DNA of 64,000 nucleotides. It comes from Blastocatellia bacterium (lineage in GTDB: Bacteria > Acidobacteriota > Blastocatellia > UBA7656). The stretch covers positions 448,001 through 512,000 of the forward strand of contig CAVXWP010000007.1 in assembly GCA_963765495.1 (NCBI GenBank), in the 5' to 3' direction. Made by a program: the position numbers and the translations under genes. Below the pieces are notes generated by a model. That model saw only the letters and a list, made by a program, of their open reading frames with translations. It did not search any database and had not been told where the DNA came from. Shown one piece after another: positions 31,262 to 40,727 of the stretch (positions are counted from its first letter, which is position 1; each line of letters starts with the position of its first letter).

Positions 31262-31270
31262 TGGTATAAT
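31262..31270 (+). promoter_or_regulatory. extended -10 promoter, probable leaderless start
   Basis: TG-G-TATAAT followed by 7 nt then ATG at 31278. Confidence 0.6.
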
Positions 31271-31277
31271 GGGGGCG

Positions 31278-32408
31278 ATGACCTGGGCCTACATAATCAA
31301 CTCATCGGATCGAAGATCGTTCAAACGTTGCCGGCGCGCCTGGGATCTGGGCGCTCACTCAAGACAGAACTACGAGCCGGTCACGCCCGTCGAGGTGTTT
31401 GATTTCAACCGGGCCATCTGCGACGCGCTGGCCGTCTATTACTTCCCCGGCATGTGGGAATGGAACCGGGAGATTGTTCTGCCTCTGACGATTGAAGGCT
31501 TTCTAAAGTCTATGCAAAAGCAGCTAGACCGCTACCTGCAACAGCAGACGTTGTCAAAGGAAGAGGAGCGGGATTGGAATGATCATCTCGAACTTGGCGA
31601 ATTGATGCTCAGGCGGTATTTTGAATGGGCCGCCACGATGGATAGTTTTTCCCCGATTCGGGTCGAAAGCCAGTTCGAAGTAAATATCCCCGATCCATTT
31701 CAGCCGGGCCGCGACCTCGCGTGGCGCGAAGGCGTGCCCATTCGTTATCGAGGGCGAATCCATCTGCTGGTCGTCGATGGGCACGATGCTTACTGGCTGG
31801 TTAAACATCAGGTCATTGATGAGCAGTGGAGTGATCTTGACGACCTGCTTCTTGATGAGCAAGGCATTTCATACTGCTGGGCGTGGGAGAACTTCTTTCT
31901 TGGAATGAAGATCGCGGGCACCATCTACAACGAACTGCGCAAGTCAGCTTTTCTGAGCGGCGGCACGATGTCGGGCGCCAGCCCAGTCGTCAACAGCCCG
32001 GTAGGCGGTGGTCAGGCAGAGCCGGTCGCTCAGCATCGCCGAATGTATGTGCAGACAGATCGCGAGCCGGATCAAAGGATCAAGCAGGAAGGAAATCAAC
32101 TCTTCCGGCGCACGCAAATCCCCAGGAGCCGAAAGGAACTCAAGAACTTCGGCAGGCAATTGGCGCTTGAGGCGCTCGACATGACAAACCCGGACCTGCG
32201 ACTTTATCCCAACCCTTCGAGAGAGAATTGCGGTGCTTGCGCTTATGTCAGACCCTGTATTGCGTTGAATGAAGGCGCGAGCGCAGGCCGTTTGCTTGAA
32301 GCCTACTATCGCAAGCGCGACGAAGAGAGCGAAGCAGGCCGGATCGGCGGGTCTACGTGGTCGGTTGATCGTGGAGCGATGCCTCCCGGTTGGGGAAGAA
32401 AATCATAA
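31278..32408 (+). CDS. PD-(D/E)XK (RecB/Cas4-like) fold protein with Fe-S Cys motif, catalytic residues degenerate
   Basis: SFKRCRRAW, GRIHLLVV..WLVKHQ, QGISY, NCGACAYVRPC. Confidence 0.7.
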   Translation: MTWAYIINSSDRRSFKRCRRAWDLGAHSRQNYEPVTPVEVFDFNRAICDALAVYYFPGMWEWNREIVLPLTIEGFLKSMQKQLDRYLQQQTLSKEEERDWNDHLELGELMLRRYFEWAATMDSFSPIRVESQFEVNIPDPFQPGRDLAWREGVPIRYRGRIHLLVVDGHDAYWLVKHQVIDEQWSDLDDLLLDEQGISYCWAWENFFLGMKIAGTIYNELRKSAFLSGGTMSGASPVVNSPVGGGQAEPVAQHRRMYVQTDREPDQRIKQEGNQLFRRTQIPRSRKELKNFGRQLALEALDMTNPDLRLYPNPSRENCGACAYVRPCIALNEGASAGRLLEAYYRKRDEESEAGRIGGSTWSVDRGAMPPGWGRKS

Positions 32409-32560
32409 ACCGCAGACGTGACCTTCGGGGCATATGGATGGTAAGAGTTGAATTTTTTAGACAGGATTAACAAGATTTTTCCTGTCTAATCCTTTCTGGC
32501 TCTGGCTTTCTGTTAAACTCGGACCGTAGAGTATTCCTTGACTCAGGGAGAACTGAGACG

Positions 32561-33583
32561 GTGGATGCAAATAATAACCTTCAGGGCAACGGCAAAGTAT
32601 ATCACTCTATCAAGGAGATAGATGTGCTCTGGATCACAGCGGGACTGGGTTGCGACGGTGATACCATAGCAATGACGGCGGCCACACAGCCGAGCATCGA
32701 AGATGTTGTGCTCGGGGCCATACCGGGAATTCCCAGAGTGAAGTTGCACAATCCCTTTCTCGCCTATGAAAACGGCGATGAGTTTATGGACTTTTTTTAT
32801 CGCGCCGAAGCCGGTGAGATAGATCCGTTTATCCTCGTAATCGAGGGCTCTATCCCCAATGAAACGAACAAAGCGGAAGGCTACTGGGCGGGCTTTGGCA
32901 CAGACAAACAGACGGGTCAGCCCATTCTGACGTGTGAATGGATAGACCGGCTGGCCCCAAAAGCCTGGGCCGTTGTGGCGGCTGGAACCTGCGCGACTTA
33001 TGGCGGCATCCATGCGATGCAGGGTAATCCTACGGGTTGTATGGGGCTTGCAGATTATCTCGGCTGGGCGTGGAAATCGAATGCAGAGATTCCCATTGTG
33101 TGTGTGCCGGGGTGCCCGGTGCTTCCCGACAATTTTATGGAGACGCTGCTTTACCTGCTCTATCAAGTGGCGGGGCTCGCGCCGATGATCCCGCTCGATG
33201 AGTCTCTCCGCCCCGTATGGCTTTTTGAACAGACGCTGCACGAAGGATGTGATCGCGGCGGTTATTACGAGCAGGCCGAATTTGCCGAAGAGTACGGCGG
33301 GCGTCAGTGTATTGTGAAACTCGGATGCTGGGGGCCTGTCGTACAATGCAACGTAGGCAAACGGAGCTGGATGGCCGGTGTCGGAGGTTGCCCGAACGTA
33401 GGCGGCATCTGCATAGGCTGCACGATGCCTGGCTTCCCCGACAAGTTCATGCCGTTTATGGATCAGCCTCCCGGATCGCTTCTGTCATCAGCCGCCGTGA
33501 TGACCTATGGCAAGGCCATTCACGCGTTGCGCAGGTTTACTCAGGCATCGCTGAACAAGGAACCGGATTGGCGGCGACGCTGA
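32561..33583 (+). CDS. [NiFe]-hydrogenase small subunit paralog (group 1h-like), no adjacent large subunit
   Basis: WITAGLGCDGDT, GTCATYGGI, PGCPV, HEGCDR, CIVKLGCWGP, CPNVGGICIGCT; strongly similar to 36847-37911; no Tat signal. Confidence 0.92.
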   Translation: MDANNNLQGNGKVYHSIKEIDVLWITAGLGCDGDTIAMTAATQPSIEDVVLGAIPGIPRVKLHNPFLAYENGDEFMDFFYRAEAGEIDPFILVIEGSIPNETNKAEGYWAGFGTDKQTGQPILTCEWIDRLAPKAWAVVAAGTCATYGGIHAMQGNPTGCMGLADYLGWAWKSNAEIPIVCVPGCPVLPDNFMETLLYLLYQVAGLAPMIPLDESLRPVWLFEQTLHEGCDRGGYYEQAEFAEEYGGRQCIVKLGCWGPVVQCNVGKRSWMAGVGGCPNVGGICIGCTMPGFPDKFMPFMDQPPGSLLSSAAVMTYGKAIHALRRFTQASLNKEPDWRRR

Positions 33584-33631
33584 TCCGACTGCTCACGAAA
33601 GCCTGTTCGACAGCCGGGTCATATCGAAGAG

Positions 33632-35569
33632 ATGATGAAGACGCAATCACAAAGTGGAGCTAACAGCGCCTATGCAGGCAATCGTAAGGGGGCGGCCTTT
33701 GAAGAGCCTCAAGCGGTGAGTCTGCCCGATGCGGAGAACATACTGAACGAGCTTGCCAGCGTCTTCTTTCCTGTTGATTCGCCGATTCAGACATCGGCAA
33801 GCGGAGCCATCGAGAAGCGGAGGCGGGCTACGATACAGGCAGCCGAACTGCCGAATGCCGTGGCTCGATATCGAACTCTCGTCGAGCAAATCCCCGCCGT
33901 TGTCTTCATGGCTTTTCTTGATAAAGGCATCGGCGAAGCCTACGTCAGCCCGCAGATCGAAGCGATGCTCGGCTTCTCTCAGGAAGAGTGGCTAAACGAC
34001 CCCGTGCGCTGGTATCGACATATCCACCCCGATGACAAAGCGCGCTGGAGCAACGAGGCGGCGCAGATGTTTTTGACCGGCGAGTCGTTGCGCTCCGTCT
34101 ACCGAGTGATCGCCCGCGACGGGCACGTCGTATGGTTTCACTGCGAAGCAAAGATGGTGAGGCGCGATGATGGCCGTCCCTGGTTTATCCACGGAGTCGG
34201 GTTTGACATTACCGAACTGAAACAGGCCGAGGCAGCGCTGAAAGAGGCGCACGACGAATTGGAAGTGCGCGTGCGGCAACGAACGGCCGAACTCGAAACC
34301 GCCAACCGCGAATTGCAAATGGAGATTGCCGAGCGCGAACGCGCCGAATCCGAGTTGCGGCAGGCGCACGATGAACTGGAAGATCACGTCCAGATGCGCA
34401 CAGCCCAGTTGGCGGAAGCGAACGAAGAGTTGCTTGTGGAAATCGGCGAGCGCCGCCGCGTCGAAGACGCCCTCCGCAAAAGCGAGGGCATGTTGCGCGG
34501 CCTCTTTGAGTATGCTCCCGATACTATGGTGCTCGTAGATAGCAGCGGGCACATTACGCGGATAAACGCGCAGGTGGAAGCTATGTTTGGGTACAGGCAG
34601 ATGGAGTTGCTCAATCAGCCGATTGAGTGCTTGTTGCCCGAACGCTTCAGGCAGGGGCATATAAAGCACCGCGCCGATTATAATATCGAGCCGCATATTC
34701 GCACCATGGGCGCAGGGCTTGAGTTATCCGGCAGGCGCAGGGACGGCAGCGAGTTTCCCGTAGAAATCATGTTGAGCCCGATAGAGACCAGAGACGGTCG
34801 TCAGGTGATAGCCGTAGTGCGCGACACCACCCGGCGCAAGCGCGCCGAAGCGGCGCAGCGCGAATATGCCGAGCGCCTGCAAATACTCTCTCGTCGCCTG
34901 ATGGAGGTTCAGGAGGTTGAACGCCGCAACATCGCGCGCGAATTGCACGACGAAATCGGGCAGGTGCTGACCGGCCTCAAACTCAGCCTTGAGATGTGTT
35001 CGCGGCTGCCGGCAGACCAGATGGGCGCGAGCCTCAATCAGGCGCAGATGCTCGTCAACGACCTGATGGCGCGGGCGCGCAAGCTATCGCTCGATTTGCG
35101 CCCGGGCATGCTCGACGATCTTGGCCTGTTGCCGACATTGCTATGGCATATCGAACACTATACGGCGCAAACCCGCGTTCAGGTGATCTTCAAGCATAGC
35201 GGCATTGAAGGGCGGAGATTTGCGCCGGAAGTCGAGACCGCGGCCTATCGCATCGCTCAGGAGGCGCTTACGAATGTCGCGCGACACGCGGGCGTAAATC
35301 AGGCCACACTGCGAGTCTGGGCATACCATCAAACGCTCAACCTGCAGATCGAAGATTATGGAAACGGCTTCAATTCCGATGCGGTTGTCGCCGCAAGCGA
35401 CACCAGCGGAGTGGCGGGAATGCGCGAACGCACCATGCTGCTCGGCGGGCAACTGACTATTGAGTCGCAACCCGGATTCGGCACCAGTCTGACTGCGGAA
35501 CTGAGAATAGACGACGAGCCTGACGCGCAGTCGGAAGCGGAGAGCTTGCCGACTGCTAAAGAGGATTAG
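33632..35569 (+). CDS. cytoplasmic PAS-PAS sensor histidine kinase (HisKA_3/NarX type)
   Basis: Two PAS/PAC domains (IHPDD; RRRDGSEFPVEI), coiled coils, ERRNIARELHDEIGQ, QEALTNVARHA. Confidence 0.93.
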   Translation: MMKTQSQSGANSAYAGNRKGAAFEEPQAVSLPDAENILNELASVFFPVDSPIQTSASGAIEKRRRATIQAAELPNAVARYRTLVEQIPAVVFMAFLDKGIGEAYVSPQIEAMLGFSQEEWLNDPVRWYRHIHPDDKARWSNEAAQMFLTGESLRSVYRVIARDGHVVWFHCEAKMVRRDDGRPWFIHGVGFDITELKQAEAALKEAHDELEVRVRQRTAELETANRELQMEIAERERAESELRQAHDELEDHVQMRTAQLAEANEELLVEIGERRRVEDALRKSEGMLRGLFEYAPDTMVLVDSSGHITRINAQVEAMFGYRQMELLNQPIECLLPERFRQGHIKHRADYNIEPHIRTMGAGLELSGRRRDGSEFPVEIMLSPIETRDGRQVIAVVRDTTRRKRAEAAQREYAERLQILSRRLMEVQEVERRNIARELHDEIGQVLTGLKLSLEMCSRLPADQMGASLNQAQMLVNDLMARARKLSLDLRPGMLDDLGLLPTLLWHIEHYTAQTRVQVIFKHSGIEGRRFAPEVETAAYRIAQEALTNVARHAGVNQATLRVWAYHQTLNLQIEDYGNGFNSDAVVAASDTSGVAGMRERTMLLGGQLTIESQPGFGTSLTAELRIDDEPDAQSEAESLPTAKED

Positions 35570-35572
35570 CCG

Positions 35573-36229
35573 ATGAATACGCTCACCATCGTGCTTGCCG
35601 ACGATCACAATGTCGTGCGACAGGGTCTGCGGGCATTGCTTGAGGCGGAGACGGATTTCAACGTGGTAGGCGAGGCCTGCGACGGTCTGGAAGCCCTGCA
35701 ACTGGTCGAACAATTAAGGCCGAATGTGCTGGTGCTTGATGTGATGATGCCCGGACTCAACGGCCTGGAGGTTTCTCGACAGCTTAACAAGCTCTCGCCG
35801 CAAACGCACATCGTCGTCCTGTCAATGTATTCCAACGAGGCATACGTCCTTGAGGCATTGGGCAACGGCGCATCGGCCTATGTCCTCAAGGATTCCAGTT
35901 CGGCTGATCTCGTGCATGCCGTACGCGAGGTTGCAGCGGGCCGGCGCTATCTGAGCCCGCCGCTTTCCGACCGCGCCATCGAGGCGTACCAGGAGAAGGC
36001 CAGGGCCGTCGTGCTCGACAAGTATGAAACCTTGACCACCCGCGAGCGCGAAGTGCTGCAACTGTCAGCCGAAGGGCATACCAGCACCGAGATTGCCGCG
36101 CGGCTTGGCATCAGTTCACGCACGGCCGAGACGCACCGCTCCAACCTTATGCATAAACTCGGTCTGCACACGCATGCCGACCTCATTCGGTATGCCCTGC
36201 GACGCGGCATCATCCCGATGGATAATTGA
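35573..36229 (+). CDS. NarL/FixJ family response regulator
   Basis: LADDH, LDVMMP, YVLK, LTTREREVL LuxR HTH. Confidence 0.95.
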   Translation: MNTLTIVLADDHNVVRQGLRALLEAETDFNVVGEACDGLEALQLVEQLRPNVLVLDVMMPGLNGLEVSRQLNKLSPQTHIVVLSMYSNEAYVLEALGNGASAYVLKDSSSADLVHAVREVAAGRRYLSPPLSDRAIEAYQEKARAVVLDKYETLTTREREVLQLSAEGHTSTEIAARLGISSRTAETHRSNLMHKLGLHTHADLIRYALRRGIIPMDN

Positions 36230-36278
36230 ACGCCGTTCGCGCGCCTTCAGGCTCCATTTTCCCTCCAATCCTGAAAAA

Positions 36279-36316
36279 TACGTAATAGTTTCGCTCTAAT
36301 TACGTAGGTTTACGAA
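36279..36316. promoter_or_regulatory. candidate NarL/LuxR-type operator (TACGTA boxes)
   Basis: TACGTAAT..ATTACGTA inverted repeat and TACGTA-N4-TACGAA upstream of the hhySL operon. Confidence 0.45.
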
Positions 36317-36846
36317 TAGACAGTCGGATAGCAGCGCGATATGATCAGCCCGTATTCGACGGCTCTAGTTTCTCCAAACTGCTAGAGACACTCTGGGGGG
36401 GGTGTCTCTAGCTGACTATCCGCAGCCAACGCTTATACATGCATGGATTGGGACTCATATTTGACCTTGAAATCACTCGGTGTTAAGATGGTGTCACATT
36501 GGATGGACGCATGTGGTAATGAAGCTGGTCTGATATACATGTGCTCATTCAAACAACTGGCGCGACAGGCGCTCCAATCAAAAATTCATTTACGGCATAT
36601 CACAAGAGCTTACTCCCTTCATCAGACGCTTTTTCTTATGAGCGATCATTTGCAACCTCACCGTTGCGCCGTACCAGTATTTGTTGATCATAAGGACCGG
36701 CGCGCTCGAGGCAATCGCGCTTCGAGACAAACCGGCTCACCGAGTTGCAAGAGTCATGGCTGATGCTAGCGCCCTCTTGCGAAAGCAACCGCGGGCCCAC
36801 CAACATCAACCGGCGACATCCATAATGATAGAAAGGAGGGACTACC

Positions 36847-37911
36847 GTGGCACAAGAAACGGTTCCATACGGGAGAAAAACCCAACACGCGCCCGCGGTA
36901 AAAGAAGTGCATATTGTCTGGATAACGGCAGGACTCAGTTGTGATGGTGATTCCGTGTCAATCACCGCAGCCACCCAGCCCAGCATCGAAGAAGTCGTAC
37001 TGGGAGCGATACCGGGACTGCCAAAGGTGCATCTGCACAACCCCGTACTTGCCTACGAAGTCGGCGATGATTTCATGCAGTATTGGTACAAGGCGGAGAA
37101 GGGCGAACTTGATCCTTTTGTACTGGTGGTTGAAGGCTCGATTCCAAACGAGAGGATTAAGAGCGAAGGTTACTGGGCGGCGATGGGCACAGACCCCGCG
37201 ACCGGACAGCCTATCACGACCAATGAGTGGATTGATCGCCTCGCCCCGAAAGCGCTGGCTGTGATGGGTTGCGGGACCTGCGCCACCTACGGCGGAATCC
37301 ATGCCATGGCAGGCAACCCTACAGGTGCCATGGGGCTCGCGGATTATCTGGGATGGGATTGGAAATCGAAGGCCGGGCTGCCGATCATCAATGTTCCAGG
37401 CTGTCCCGTGCAGCCGGATAATTTCATGGAGACCGTGCTCTACCTGCTCTATCAAGCGGCGGGGCTCGCGCCGATGATCCCGCTCGATGACCAGTTGCGG
37501 CCCACCTGGCTGTTCGGCAAGACGGTGCACGAAGGCTGTGACCGCGCGGGCTATTACGAGCAGGGCGATTTCGCCACCGAATATGGATCGCCGAAATGTA
37601 TAGTGAAGCTCGGATGCTGGGGGCCCGTGGTCAATTGCAACGTTCCAAAACGCGGCTGGATGGCCGGCATTGGCGGCTGCCCAAACGTAGGCGGCATATG
37701 CATAGGCTGCACGATGCCCGGCTTCCCCGACAAGTTCATGCCCTTTATGGATGAGCCGCCCGGCGGCAAGCTCTCTTCATCGGCCGTAGGTCTTTACGGC
37801 AAGGCGATTACGGCGCTGCGCAGCATCACAAACTCGACCCTGAACAAAGAACCCAAATGGCGGCACACGCGTCCCGAACTCACGACCGGTTATCGGCCAA
37901 GGTCATACTAA
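36847..37911 (+). CDS. hhyS: group 1h [NiFe]-hydrogenase small subunit
   Basis: WITAGLSCDGDS and full Fe-S Cys set, no Tat signal, AGGAGG RBS, directly upstream of the large subunit. Confidence 0.93.
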   Translation: MAQETVPYGRKTQHAPAVKEVHIVWITAGLSCDGDSVSITAATQPSIEEVVLGAIPGLPKVHLHNPVLAYEVGDDFMQYWYKAEKGELDPFVLVVEGSIPNERIKSEGYWAAMGTDPATGQPITTNEWIDRLAPKALAVMGCGTCATYGGIHAMAGNPTGAMGLADYLGWDWKSKAGLPIINVPGCPVQPDNFMETVLYLLYQAAGLAPMIPLDDQLRPTWLFGKTVHEGCDRAGYYEQGDFATEYGSPKCIVKLGCWGPVVNCNVPKRGWMAGIGGCPNVGGICIGCTMPGFPDKFMPFMDEPPGGKLSSSAVGLYGKAITALRSITNSTLNKEPKWRHTRPELTTGYRPRSY

Positions 37912-37928
37912 GGAAAGGAGCGAATCAG

Positions 37929-39737
37929 ATGAGTGCTTCAACGAAACCGAAATCAAAGTCTCCGACTGCGGCGCAGAACCTGGTTGAGATGAATTGGGAC
38001 CCGATCACCCGCATCGTCGGCAGCCTCGGAATCTTCACCAAGATAGACTTTGAGAACAAACAGGTCGCGGAATGCTACAGCACCAGTTCGATCTTTCGCG
38101 GCTACAGCATCTTCATGAAGGGCAAAGACCCGCGTGATGCGCACTTTATCACGAGCCGCATCTGCGGCATCTGCGGCGATAATCACGCGGTATGCGCGAC
38201 CTATGCGCAGAACATGGCCTTTGGCGTCCGCCCGCCCGCGCTCGGCGAATGGATAACAAACCTCGGCGAAGCGGCCGAGTATATGTTCGATCACAATATT
38301 TTTCAGGACAATCTGGTAGGCGTTGATTTCTGCGAGCAGATGATTAAAGAGACCAACCCGAGCGTCTGGGACAAGGCTCAGAATACCTCCGCGCCGAATG
38401 CCGACAAACACGGTTACAAGAAGATCTCCGACATCATGACGGCGCTAAACCCGTTCACGGGCGAGTTCTATCGCGAGACCCTGCAAGTGAGCCGTTACAC
38501 GCGCGAGATGTTCTGTTTGATGGAAGGCCGCCACGTTCACCCCTCGACACTCTATCCGGGCGGCGTCGGCACCGTGCCTACCGTGCAACTCTTCACCGAT
38601 TACATGGTCAGGCTGATGCGCTATGTGGAGTTCATGAAGAAAGTCGTGCCGCTGCACGATGACCTCTTCGACTTCATGTACGAGGCGCTGCCGGGTTATG
38701 AAGAGGTGGGACGGCGGCGAATACTGCTCGGCTGCTGGGGATCGTGGAATGACCCAGATATATGCGATTACACTTACAAAAACATGTCCGAGTGGGGTAA
38801 AGGCATGTTTGTCACGCCGGGCATTGTCGTAGACGGCGAGCTTGTGACCACGGACCTTGTAAAGATCAACCTCGGCATACGCATACTGCTCGGCAGTTCC
38901 TACTATGACGACTGGGAGAATTCCGAAGTCTTTGTCCGCGAAGACCCGCTCGGCAATCCCGTAGACAAGAAGCATCCGTGGAACCAGACCACCATTCCTC
39001 GACCGCAAAAGCGCGACTTCGATGACAAGTACACCTGGGTCATGTCGCCGCGCTGGCTCGACGAGCGGACGGGCGATCATCTGGCGCTCGATACGGGCGG
39101 CGGGCCGATTGCGCGGCTCTGGGCGACTGCGCTTGCCGGGATCGTGGACATCGGCTACATAAAGGCCACGGGCCACAGCGTCAAGATATACCTGCCGAAG
39201 TCTGCGACCCTGCCCGAAGTCGAGTTCGAGTGGAAGATTCCGCAATGGTCGAACGCCATCGAACGCGACCGCGCGCGGACATACTTCCAGGCTTATGCAG
39301 CGGCAGCCGCGCTTCATTTCATCGAGAAAGCGATGGCCGAACTCCACGCCGGAAGGACAAAGACGTGGTCTGATTTCAAGGTGCCGGATGAGGCGATTGG
39401 CTGCGGTTTCCACGAAGCGGTTCGCGGGGTGCTCTCGCATCACGTAGTCATCCGCGACGGCAAGATTGCCAACTATCATCCATATCCGCCTACGCCCTGG
39501 AACGCCAACCCGCGTGATATCTACGGCACGCCCGGCCCGTATGAAGACGCGGTGCAGAACACGCCGATCTTCGAAGAGAATGGGCCTGACAAATTCAAGG
39601 GCATAGACATCATGCGCGCCGTTCGCAGCTTTGATCCCTGTCTGCCCTGCGGCGTGCACATGTATCTGGGCAACGGCAAGGTGCTCGAAGAGCGTCATTC
39701 GCCGATGTTCGGCGTGGTAGGAAATGAGAAGAAATGA
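37929..39737 (+). CDS. hhyL: group 1h [NiFe]-hydrogenase large subunit
   Basis: WDPITRIVGSL, L1 TSRICGICGDNH, L2 SFDPCLPCGVH plus C-terminal extension; AAGGAG RBS. Confidence 0.95.
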   Translation: MSASTKPKSKSPTAAQNLVEMNWDPITRIVGSLGIFTKIDFENKQVAECYSTSSIFRGYSIFMKGKDPRDAHFITSRICGICGDNHAVCATYAQNMAFGVRPPALGEWITNLGEAAEYMFDHNIFQDNLVGVDFCEQMIKETNPSVWDKAQNTSAPNADKHGYKKISDIMTALNPFTGEFYRETLQVSRYTREMFCLMEGRHVHPSTLYPGGVGTVPTVQLFTDYMVRLMRYVEFMKKVVPLHDDLFDFMYEALPGYEEVGRRRILLGCWGSWNDPDICDYTYKNMSEWGKGMFVTPGIVVDGELVTTDLVKINLGIRILLGSSYYDDWENSEVFVREDPLGNPVDKKHPWNQTTIPRPQKRDFDDKYTWVMSPRWLDERTGDHLALDTGGGPIARLWATALAGIVDIGYIKATGHSVKIYLPKSATLPEVEFEWKIPQWSNAIERDRARTYFQAYAAAAALHFIEKAMAELHAGRTKTWSDFKVPDEAIGCGFHEAVRGVLSHHVVIRDGKIANYHPYPPTPWNANPRDIYGTPGPYEDAVQNTPIFEENGPDKFKGIDIMRAVRSFDPCLPCGVHMYLGNGKVLEERHSPMFGVVGNEKK

Positions 39738-39846
39738 ATCGTGATGCGTGAAGAGTGATTCGTGACTTTCAGGCAGGGCGCTGATTAAAGACATCTCGCC
39801 GGCCTGCTTGAATCACGCATCACGCATCACGTATCACGCATCACTA
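39738..39846. repeat. TGATGCG-family palindromic repeat inside the hydrogenase operon
   Basis: gtgatgcgtgaagagtgattcgtga ... tcacgcatcacgcatcacgtatcacgcatcac. Confidence 0.8.
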
Positions 39847-39850
39847 CTTT

Positions 39851-40393
39851 ATGGAAGAACAAGAGTTTCAACAACGTATACAAAAGATCGGGGCGCTGGT
39901 TCACAAGATAGAGAATCTTGCTGACGCGGAAGCGCGAACCAGCGCCCTGGAGCTTTTTCAACTCGTCATGGACCTTCACGGAGCCGGCGTGGAGCGCATG
40001 ATGAATCTCATCTTCGATGCCGGAGAGCCGGGCCAGAGGATCATCGACACCCTTGGGGATGACGATCTGGTTGGCAGCCTGCTCCTGTTGTATGGACTTC
40101 ACCCGCTCGATCTTGAAACGCGGGTGATGCAGGTGCTCGACAGGCTAGGCCCTGAATTGCGCTCTCACGGAGCTACGGTCGAAGTGCTCGGTTTCAATGA
40201 CGGGGTCGTGCGGTTGCGGCTTGAGCAGAGCGCGGGCGGATGCGGGTCGTCGGCGCAGAATCTGCGGGCCGGTCTCGAAGAGGCGATCTATACGGCTGCC
40301 CCCGACATAAGTGGTCTTGAAGTCGAAGGCGGAGTGGCACCGTCCTTTCCCTCCGGCCTCGTACAACTGGCCGGATTATCAAGCAAGCGATGA
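39851..40393 (+). CDS. NifU-like (NfuA C-terminal domain) hydrogenase accessory protein
   Basis: LLLLYGLHP, LRSHGATVE, GGCGSS. Confidence 0.8.
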   Translation: MEEQEFQQRIQKIGALVHKIENLADAEARTSALELFQLVMDLHGAGVERMMNLIFDAGEPGQRIIDTLGDDDLVGSLLLLYGLHPLDLETRVMQVLDRLGPELRSHGATVEVLGFNDGVVRLRLEQSAGGCGSSAQNLRAGLEEAIYTAAPDISGLEVEGGVAPSFPSGLVQLAGLSSKR

Positions 40394-40478
40394 TCGATTG
40401 AGTGTTTTTCTCCTCTTTGTGAGAGGGGTCGCGGCATGGGACCACAACCTGTTGTCTCGAATATAGGAGGGAAAGATT

Positions 40479-40652
40479 ATGGCAGATCAGGATATAACAC
40501 GGGGCGCGCCGTCGCATCATCCGGGCGCTAGAAAAGGCGAAGAAATTTATGAAAAACCTTTGCCCACTTTGCGGCTTTGCGCCTTTGCGACATTCTATTT
40601 CTCGCAAAGGCGCAAAGTACGCGAAGTACGCGAAGATTTTCCTGGAAATTAA
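40479..40652 (+). pseudogene. small ORF/remnant whose 3' half runs into a repeat element
   Basis: AGGAGG RBS; MADQDITRGAPSHHPGARKGEE.. then reads through tttgcggc/tttgcgcc repeats. Confidence 0.45.
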
Positions 40653-40660
40653 ACGACGCT

Positions 40661-40697
40661 GGGGCAACCACAAAATATAAATTCGGGCTGCCCCTAC
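40661..40697 (-). repeat. GTAG-type REP-like palindrome
   Basis: Minus strand GTAG-GGGCAGCC...GGTTGCCCC. Confidence 0.5.
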
Positions 40698-40727
40698 AAC
40701 CCTACGCTATTGCAATTCGCAAAAATT

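Noticed and set aside
36443-36944. ORFs in the hhyS upstream region
   Set aside because: No RBS or motifs and atypical composition; treated as non-coding leader
39630-39660. [NiFeSe] hydrogenase
   Set aside because: The L2 motif is DPCLPC with TGT/TGC codons
38445-39794. 449-aa antisense ORF over hhyL (and similar long antisense ORFs over hemA, hypF, M28)
   Set aside because: Shadow ORFs of GC-rich coding strands with no recognisable motifs
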